In this document: in pieces, positions 54,670-64,000 of the stretch
Position numbering within the stretch: position 1 is the first letter of the stretch
How the letters are laid out: each line of letters opens with the position of its first letter
Origin: Tubulanus polymorphus
Lineage: Eukaryota > Animalia > Nemertea
Assembly (NCBI RefSeq): GCF_964204645.1
Contig: NC_134025.1
Location: 6,386,001 to 6,450,000, forward strand
Length of the DNA stretch: 64,000 nucleotides
Reading direction: 5' to 3'
The notes under the pieces: generated by a model
Told to the model about the DNA's origin: nothing
What the model saw: the letters and a program-made list of their open reading frames with translations, nothing else
Database searches by the model: none
Made by a program: the position numbers and the translations under genes

Positions 54670-56641
54670 TCACTTGAATGCCAGTATGCTGTAACATCTT
54701 GGAGATGTAACTGGATCAAACATTTTCACCAAATGAACGTCTTTAACAGATTCCTAAAAATTAATCAAATTATTCTAATAGAGTGTACATGTATAATAAC
54801 CAGTAATAACATAATGTTCGTCAGATTTCACCACAAAAGCCTTTACCTGTTCCCATAGATAGCACATTCTATCAAGTATAATAAAACATTCAATCACTGG
54901 AGCAAAGACAGCTCTTAACTGGAAGAAGGCAAACGTTTTGATTTCATACTCTTTGTAAAACTTTAAGTAACCATCTAAAACTTCAGTTGAAAGCTGAAAA
55001 AGAACGTATGGTTGCAAACGTCCATTGAAAGACTTGAAATATTACATGTAAAATATTTCTTAACACAAACCAACCTGAGAAATGAGGTGGGAGTATCCCA
55101 ATTTCTGAAAGGCTTTGATGACATATTCTTTGAAGTCATTACATTTTTTTGCTAAACGACCAATTTTCCAATCATCTTTCAATTCACCAGTTTTTTCTTG
55201 TAATATCTTCTGAAGAACAGCTCTCCAGAACAAGGACTTTCTTGGTCCCTAGAGGTAATATGGACACATTTTTCACTTTGAATTCTAACAAAGGCTATGT
55301 TGACATGTATATTAACAAAGTTCACGAAAGCACATCTAAATACGAACTTTTTCTTGTTTCCCAGCCATTCTATCTACAGCTTGCGCTGCAATCATCCTTG
55401 CATTACGTCCAAGACAGAACTTCTGTTGTTGAAGGTGGCTACTCATAGGGAATCCAGATTTGTTGAGAAGAATATCACATGTACCGATACCTGAATATCA
55501 ACACAAAACGCAAAACTACAGTGCTTGTTTCTTAATGGTATTTAATGTTTAAACTGGTTTAAACACCATGTTCATGTATTTACCAACTGATCACCAACCT
55601 TGAGATTCAGAAAATTCTTCATTAATCAAATTGTAACAACAGCCAACATTGCACAATGCCAAACAATTGTCATTACTCGCAAATATCCTGAGTATGTTTG
55701 CGGCCAAGTTACCACAGGTATGCAAACCAGTTACTAAGACACCAGAATTTTCATTTGGGAAATTCTCATCCATGATTTTATCAAGATCTGTTTTGATATC
55801 AACTAACATTGTTATAGGACAATATATTCCAGTGTTTTCATTAACTGATGAATCCTGGTTTTCTGCAATACTCTCTCGCAACGAACTTGCCTCTAACTTT
55901 CCTTTGTGCCTATCTTTCTGAAATCTATTGCGCAGTTCTTCATCGCGTAGTTCAGCACCTTCAGTGTTCGACTGAGAGGAGTCAATACCGAGAACATTCA
56001 AACCGTGACACAAGGCTAACTCTGAACCTAAATATCCTTTGCCACTACCGATATCGATAACCTACAGAGATTAAACATGAAGAAAAACTTTCTCATTTCA
56101 ATAGAATAAATTTAGACTTCTAGAAATTTATCATCAACAAATCCTTCTCGCATCGGATACAGAAACAATACCAATGTATAATTACCTGGCTAATATTTTT
56201 TCGGTGAGCTATTTTTGCACAAACATCCGCCATAACAGGGACTTCGTGTACCTTTTTCTGTGGCATGCCATGATAATTTGAATGCAATGAAACAGTTTTG
56301 GCAGGTCCTGACAGTAGATTACTTAGATCACTTTCTATGCTTAACCCATCTACAGATAATTTTTGTGCTTCTTCAAGCAATGAGATGATTTGACTGCACT
56401 GAAGATCCTGACTAAGAATATTTAGCTTTGGTAACCTCGATAAACTGTCTATGTCCAAACTAAGAAGTTCACAATCGAGAGTTTCAGGTACATATTTTGT
56501 CCATAAATCTTTCACTATAATATCAGTATTTTGAGCACAAATCAATGGAAGATATCGATTCAGGAAATCTTTAACTCTTTCTATTTTAATGATGATAAGA
56601 GTAAGCTGCTCTTCCTTACTATTATTACACGTCAACATCAT
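54670..56641 (-). CDS. METTL25: Methyltransferase-like protein 25
   Basis: Spliced exons encode MPQKKVHEVPVM, VIDIGSGKGYLG, VLGIDSS, TGLHTCGNLA, NVGCCYNLI, GFPMS, LRAVFAPVIECFIILDRMCYLWE and the C-terminal FDPVTSPRCYSILAFK-TGA. Confidence 0.9.
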
Positions 56642-57164
56642 TATTACTCAGCACGGGGTTTTTATCATACGATCGTGGCTTTCTCGTTCGCCAGCACTCT
56701 ATAAATTCTATTAAAATGTAAAATGTAGCATTGCTACATGCAGCTACATATCAAAAGATCGAGACTTTTTTAGGCGGTAATTAGTGATTCAAAGCAAATC
56801 AACTTTATTCAACCATAACAAAGGATGAAAACAATAAATTGTAACAATAATTTCATTTTTCCCTTGTCCTTGAGTTCAATAAACACAAATTACAAAGCTA
56901 TCAGTAGTTATTAACCAAAATGCTATACGAAACGTATCTTCCATATTGAATGGGACAGGCAACCAGTCTATACCGTGGAAATTTCGATGCCATCATAGAA
57001 CTATTCCGTGGTTTTAGATGGTACCCGATGTGATTCGGTAAAAGATGAACATTACCGTCTGAAGGTCGCAGAGCAAAACTATTTTCATTTTTACAATCTG
57101 ACGATTTGGTGCCAATTTCTGCTATCTGGCTCATTTAAAACACTCATTTGATATACGGTCTGAA

Positions 57165-58460
57165 ATGGATTGTGTTGTATTTAATCTCGGTTTTGCATCA
57201 TCTTTTTTCTATTCCTTTGTGTTGGCCATTACGTTTGTAGGAAGTCTTTACATCTGGAAAAGTTGTTTGGATAGGTAAGCGAATGAACCTGCCAACCGGT
57301 ACTGGGTAGTAGTTTGGGCAATACCAGACGATTGTACGCGTTCGTAACGGCTAGATACTAATATATTAGACTAGCCAGACTCTATCTGATTTTAAATGGG
57401 GGGATAAGTGGCTAAGCTATCATGATCTAAACATACTTTAGAAATGTGAAGCCTCAGGTTTCAAAGGTAAACAAATTTCAGTCCAGGAAAAAGTCTCCTG
57501 GTGTTAAAATGTTCTCGTCCAATTTTTCCTCTCCACAAAAAGTCTATTGATAAGAAGGTTATCATATTATGAATGCATCTTTAGTTTCACCTATTATTTA
57601 GATTATCAATTTAGGCCTAAATTGATTCTTCATTGATTTTTTTTGGTATGAAGTGGCTATTCGTACGGACACTACAAATAATTCAAGAGGCTATTCGGTT
57701 GGTTTGCAGCGAACTCGTTGGTTTACTGGGATGATGCTGTGCTAGTAATTTACTGGCCCGAGTTACAGTCTCGCTCTATCTATTTTTCTCTAACTCCATT
57801 CTCTACACTTTCCTTGAATTTTCTAAGTCGCACACCTCTGTACGCATGGGCAGCGTATATCAGCCAATCAGCAACAGTTATTAGCGTACAGTTCCTAGTT
57901 CCGTACGAATAGCCACCAGAGTAATCCGTACGAATAGCCACAGCGAAATAAATTGTGATGCCATAGTTATTTCAACGAAAAATGTTTAGCTTAAAATATT
58001 ATTGTATGTTCATGAAACTGGAATATTGTTATGAATTTACTCAAAGCTTGCTCATAAAAACCTTCAGTTAATGGTAATAAATTTCGCATTGTTGGAATTA
58101 TAAAATTAAAAGCTTCTGTATGATTAAGCTGTTTAGGTAGGCCGACATTACTGTTACCAATGGAATGACTACTCTTTAGACCTAAGTAACCCAGCCCACT
58201 TTACTGATTTAGCGCCATGTTATGGAATGGTGACCAATGATGACTAACTGCAGTTAAGGGTACCTTTTTTCCCCTGTGGCACTAGGGTTATGGGAAGGTT
58301 GGGTAACCATTTATGACACCTAAAACTATAGTCGCCCCGACTACTGTTCTCTTGTAGGCTAAACAGGTTTGAGTCAATTAATTGATTATAAACAAGTTCA
58401 ATAAAACAGCTTAACTATTTGTTTAACCTAGGCTTATATATATATATATATATATATATA

Positions 58461-58491
<31 letters not shown>

Positions 58492-60198
58492 TCAGAGATC
58501 ATCCAGCTATTGTGAAGAGACGTTTTTTAAGTGTTTTGATAGTTTGTGCGTTAGGACCATGCCTACTATGGCTTGTCAGTTCATATTCATATTGTTCCAA
58601 TGAAAGGGTAAGAATCACATTAGTCTAGGGCATTTAAAAGGGCCGAATTTATATGTAGATAATTTTGTTATAAGCCGTGTGATAAAATGTTTATTTTTCC
58701 CAGGCTCATAGATTGTTTGAATGGTTGGGTGTTAGATTTGATGGGTCGTTCAATGCTGTGTTTTTGCCATTACTTTTAACTATGGTAGGTAGAATGCATT
58801 ATTGAAAAAGGCTGAAATTTTTTTGTACTGGTACAATAACTTTTTGGAATATAAGATGCTTGAATATAGTATTTAGGTAGAACCAAAAAGACTAATAAGT
58901 AGGTTTGTATTACAGATTTTGTTTCTTGGTCCATTAGCAATGCAGTATGAAGAAGGAATTATACATTTGTACTTTGGTATGACCTGATTTAATAGTGAAT
59001 CTAGATCCAGTAGAGTTTGTTCGTACCAAAATTTAAGTTTCAAATAGACCAATAAGTGTATTCTTAGTAGTGACACTGTTTCATTCATTTCAGAATCAGA
59101 ACATTGGTTAGAATGCTTCAAAGATATCTACTGGTGGAGAAGTCATGTCATGGTAAATAAACTCTTCTTCAAAATCATAATTTACGAATATCAATTTGTA
59201 TTCATTTAATCAGAATTTTTTGTAGGCACCATTTACGGAAGAGTTTGTTTTTCGCGCTTGTATGTTGCCATTGCTCGTGTCCAGTCTTGGTTGTGGGAAA
59301 GCAGTGATTTTCTGCCCTCTTCTTTTTGGTGTTGGTAAGTTGTACAAAACAATATCAATAGGCTCGATTTGTCAGTAATTGCCTCAGATTTCATAAAAAT
59401 GTTAACAATGTGAATCTAGTAGAACTCACTAGATTGGGATGACTAGGGACTGCCCAGATTTATCCGCATCAAGTGAACTCTGAATCATGAATAATAGTTA
59501 CATGGTTCCAGGTTAAATGGACTAGATATTCCATACATATGACATACGAGGTGAAATTCCTGATCGTAAAATCTGAATTAAGTGAGTTCTACTGTGGAAA
59601 GTGTTAAATCAGTCTTTTTTTTAATATTCAGCACACCTTCATCATGTTATTGAAATGGTCAATCAGGGTAAACCAGTTCTGAATGCTTTCATCATCTGCT
59701 GTGAGTTTCAATTTGTTTGGAAATAATCATCTTGATATCCTTGTGTCCAAATATAAGGTATTCTACTTCTATTTTCAGTGTGTCAATTTGGTTATACCAC
59801 ATTATTTGGAATATACTCGGGGTTTCTATTCATTCGCACCGGTAAGTACTGTAAACATTTTGCAAAAAAAGTTAAGCAAAAGTTTCCTAAAATACTGATA
59901 TGATGATAGCCTGATGAGAAACGACCTATTCATTTAAGCATATATAATTTGATTACTCCGAAAGATAACACTATTCAATTGCATATTTCCAGGTCATGTA
60001 GCTGCTCCAGTTGTTGTTCACATGTTCTGCAATCACATGGGATTTCCTGATTTTTCTGGAATATTTAGTTATTCAAGTTTGAAAACAAGACTGTTTCTCA
60101 TTACGAGTTATATCATAGGTATCATATGTTGGATGTTTCTCTTATATCCAGTCACAAAACCTCATTGGTACTACAACACAGTTTACTCATTAGATTAA
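57165..60198 (+). CDS. RCE1: CAAX prenyl protease 2 (Ras-converting enzyme 1)
   Basis: Exons encode FVGSLYIW...[31 protein letters not shown] (catalytic EExxxR), FGVAHLHH and [10 protein letters not shown]; stop TAA at 60196-60198. Confidence 0.95.
57653..57941. mobile_element. MITE in RCE1 intron 1 with a duplicated right TIR
   Basis: gtggctattcgtacgga at 57653; its reverse complement tccgtacgaatagccac at about 57900 and again at about 57925. Confidence 0.75.
58435..58481. repeat. (TA)n microsatellite abutting the RCE1 exon 2 polypyrimidine tract
   Basis: About 45 bp of TA repeat followed by a T-run and cag acceptor. Confidence 0.9.
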
Positions 60199-60936
60199 AT
60201 AGAGGGATTTTCGAGAAGTCCTATCTCAGACACAGTAGCGAACTATCTTGGGTGCTAGTAGATTTAATACATTAAGAAACATAACAGAGACATAGTTAAG
60301 ACTTTCTTGAAAATGCCACAGTGGGCCAATTACCGTATTCATTTTGTATCATGAAACAGAAAGGGTGTCAAATAAGGCGAAGTGGTTAAATTGAAGTCGA
60401 GTTGAGAGGACTCAAAATCTCGTTAAAAATACATAAAGAGTATGTATTTTTGAACTCATGGAGTGGATACGAAGTAGATCTTTAAATACTCAGCTGAACT
60501 AGAAGCCGACAACCTATTACGAATAAGGCAGCCTCCTTGCAAAGAACTATTCAGCCGAATGTATTTTTATTCCCTCTCTTGTACACGATTGCGTGGTGAA
60601 TCAATTTTAAAACCATTATACAGGGGAACTTACATACTTGCCAGTATTTTAAAAATGTCAAAGCTATCTAATAGTTTTTATCTCAATTTGAAATATGTGC
60701 AAGGTGAAAGCATTGGATGAATAAAATTTGTCTTTCCATTTTATCGAACAAAAAGGTTTGTTATCAATTAGTCAATCAGGAGATCATTGCATTCCTCATT
60801 CGTCTTATTGCATTCATGAGATGGCATCCAAGGAGCAGAATCTGAGTATTCGAGATATAAGAGAAAAACAAACAAAAATTGATTATTATAAAATTCTATT
60901 TCATCTATTTACATAAACAACTATAGTTTATTACAA

Positions 60937-61521
60937 TCATTTCAAAGTTGGCATCGGAGAATAAATTCGCTTCCCAGTTCCTAATTGCAACTGAAAAAAA
61001 GAAAATATGAGTTTCAAGTTCACATTCAAGTTCAAAAAACTTTTTCAAGAGTTGTATACGGAACAAATCTAAACAGATCTAGAATTTTTACATCTATACA
61101 TACTTTATTTCCTTCAAGCATTACATTAGTTTGCGCCATAGCAGCTTCTTTTCCTTCCATAGTCCCAAATTCAACAAATCCAAATCCGCGATTCATTCCA
61201 TTTTCACGATTCTTTGAAATAAGCACAAATAGATACATCTATAAATGTTCCCAAGTATTAGGCCTATATAGCCTTGCTTCTAACTACACAAAAAGAGAAC
61301 TTACAAATACAACTTGCGCTGATTTTACTTGTCCAAATTGTTGCATACATAGTTTTAATTCCTCTGAAAAGACATGAGAAAGAGAGAACGTACAAAAACA
61401 GAACAAATGCTGAGGCAAAGATGTTCATAAAATTTCAAACCAAGACCAAGATCGTCTTACTTCTGGATATTGTCCAAGGAAGATTGCCAACAAAAATCTT
61501 ATATATTTGACGGGTAGACAT
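60937..61521 (-). CDS. SLIRP: Small single-RRM protein, SLIRP-like
   Basis: Exons 61461-61521, 61305-61363, 61104-61211, 60937-60990 give about 93 aa: KIFVGNLPWTISRKELKLCMQQFGQVKSAQVVFNRENGMNRGFGFVEF...NVMLEGNKL. RNP2 and RNP1 are present, and the PWT motif and size fit SLIRP; orthology is not proven. Confidence 0.7.
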
Positions 61522-61724
61522 AATGAGGAACGGTGAGCGATTTTTTCTACCAGTTAAACACGATTTATTTTATTTTCGATATATTTTATTGAATTGAATT
61601 GTGCGTCGATACTAATCCCCGGCCGTGGATTCGGAACAACACTAAAATACGGAGTGGAACAAGGCACTATTATTATTATGATCGAATATCTACTATTTCT
61701 CAGTTTTACTTCATCGCTTCAACG

Positions 61725-64000
61725 ATGAGTCAAATTAATCTAAACAGTGGTAATTTTGTACAGCAAAGTCAAAGTGGTAAGCCACCACCAGAACAGAAGA
61801 GCCAGCGGTTTGCTGATAATTTACGAATAGTTTGTAAAAAGATAAATTAATTAGGGCCTCAAGTAAATTTTATTGCTCTAAAACAACAACGAAGATTTCA
61901 CACAATCCCACTACTAATCAATGACTCCAACGATGTCACTCTTCTATAAATCTATTTCATAGTGGTCATTCATTTTAGGTATTCCACTTACTTCACTACC
62001 ATTAACTCCAGCTGCAGCTTCTACAAGTTGTAATATCGCCCCCACTGGTACAGCTTCTTCTATGCCAGTTGTTCTATCTCTTAATCTCATCACAGATACA
62101 GGTAGGTAATTATAGATCTAGTTTTTAGTTTTGACTCTGCTGCTTTGAATTCAATACATTTTGAAATATCATATTTTTCAGGTAATAATCAGGTTCAGAC
62201 GGCTGCTCCTATTACGCTACAATCATCTCATTTTAATCAGTTGAATGACGCTCAAAACATTACAGGTAGACACCTCAGGCCAATATTACCCTCTTATAAT
62301 AATATGTAACTGCGTACTTATGATTTTGCTTTTATCAGCCTAATATTTGAATGCCTTAACCATTTCAATCAACAGGTCTCATAGGGGGAACTGGTAATTC
62401 GAATATGCAGCCACTTCAGTCTTTACACACATGTAGATTAGCTGGACTTACGGCTGATAATCCACAGTCACTTGTTCAGGTATTCATCAGTCAATTAATC
62501 AATTGACCAATTACTTAGAATTGTGTGTAAATATAGTCCCAGCAGTTAGCTGAAAATGATTCTAATACTTTTTTCAGATTGGAGGAGTTGCATCTCAAGC
62601 ACCAAGTTCACACCAGCTTAATCATCAGCTATGTTCGATACTAGCTCCATTTGTTAGTGCTATGAATTCAGCCGCCGGCGCTGCAGCTCAAACTGCTCCA
62701 AATACAGCTTTAGCTAATTTGTTACAATTAGCATCGACTCCATCTACGAATTTGATTCATTTAGCGAACTCAGTATCGAATCTAGCTCAACCGGTGTCTT
62801 CATCAAACCAGATTCATTTAGCGAGTACCGTATCCAGTCTTGCCAACATTCTACAACAGACAAATCATGCTAACCCATCAACTATGCCACAAATAACCAA
62901 TACTTTTAGTTTGGGGCCATCGCTGACAAACCCTTTATTGGATATACTGACTGTAGGTCCTGGTAATGTGTTGCAGTTGAATACCCCTTTGCCGACATCC
63001 GTCATGCAAAAAATGAATTCAAAATCGAGTGAAACACAAACTTTCAAATCAGCATTAACGGAAAATATCGAATCGTCATCAGAGGATAAAACAAGGCGGA
63101 ATCCGTCGCCGGAATTGGAGAATTTAGTTTCATCGACAGATGAAGTTTCATCAACGACAACGACAAATTTAGAATCTCAAACATGTCAGGAGGTGGCTGA
63201 AATCACAGCCCAAAACAACCACAGTGAAACAGCTGTAGTGCATGGGCAACTCGATCCTGAATGTTCTGCTGCATTATCATCAGGTATCCTCAATTGTCGG
63301 TTCTTCGATGATTTATTTTTGAAGTTCAAATACTTTAGCTGTGTTTTCTAATCATGTTGGTATTTTGCACTAGTATTGGAATTGATATTAAAGTCCCCAA
63401 CAATGGAACTAGCAGATCGCGGTGGTACGCCATCATCATTGCAAAATGTACCAGAGGAATCGTCAAGCATCTCTCCCTGTGAACCAGAAACTACTATTCA
63501 AACTGATGATACATGTATTACCTGTACCACTAATGAGCTCAGTGAGTGGCTATGTAAGTTGTTGTTCATGGCATTCTGAAGTCTTCACAATAAAGAGACT
63601 GTCATCCATGGGATTATACAGCTGCAGTGGAATGAATTCTAGTAAGCGAAACCCACAGTTGGTAATATAAAAGTTTATATAATAAACTTTCAAGAATCAA
63701 CGTATATATCAACAAGTGGGTTCTGCTTACCAACTTTGAAAAACTGAGAATATATCAGTCTACCAGTTTTGCTGTTTACTTAATAGATATCATTTGTTTC
63801 CTTTTAAGATTGTGTTGACTGTAATGACTACATATCAAATGGTTGTGAAACTCACCCCAATGGATATGAGATCATTGATGACAAGCCGATATTAAGCAGA
63901 GCTAGAATGAGTATACCTTTACAGCTTTACCTCAAAGAAACCACTAAACATACAGGTACAGAGAAAAGCTGAATTCAGTTTTTGAGTTCAAATTGTTCCT
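61725..64000 (+). CDS. PRDM-family (PR/SET zinc-finger) protein, 5' part; PRDM4/10/15-like
   Basis: Several S/T/A/Q-rich exons from the ATG at 61725, then an exon at about 63809-63955 encoding YCVDCNDYISNGCETHP...DDKPILSRARMSIPLQLYL, i.e. the PR zinc knuckle plus the SRARxSLP lead-in to the PR domain. Truncated by the window end. Confidence 0.8.

Noticed and set aside
63284-63373. Possible U12-type intron (GTATCCTC donor) in the PRDM gene
   Set aside because: The donor is only a partial match and there is no CCTTAAC branch site; compatible with an ordinary U2 intron.

Overview
AT-rich, intron-containing animal DNA, most likely from a marine invertebrate; there are no prokaryotic features. 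Most genes are spliced and are missed or fragmented in the ORF track, so I rebuilt them by hand from GT-AG sites and reading phase. In order: about 13.5 kb that looks non-coding; a degenerate galectin-domain protein with a long disordered, Cys-tipped tail (+); a dual-specificity phosphatase-fold pseudophosphatase with Cys->Ser at the active site (-); two divergent calexcitin/sarcoplasmic Ca-binding protein paralogs (-) flanking a nearly intronless class B/adhesion-like GPCR with a somatomedin-B-like module (-); three tandem SLC17 (sialin-like) transporters (-); a head-to-head METTL25/RCE1 pair; and a head-to-head pair of a SLIRP-like RRM gene and a PRDM-family gene that runs off the window. 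Introns and spacers hold many MITEs (some nested), a LINE remnant, satellites and a 332-bp TA palindrome. All product calls come from motif recognition by eye, not from database searches.
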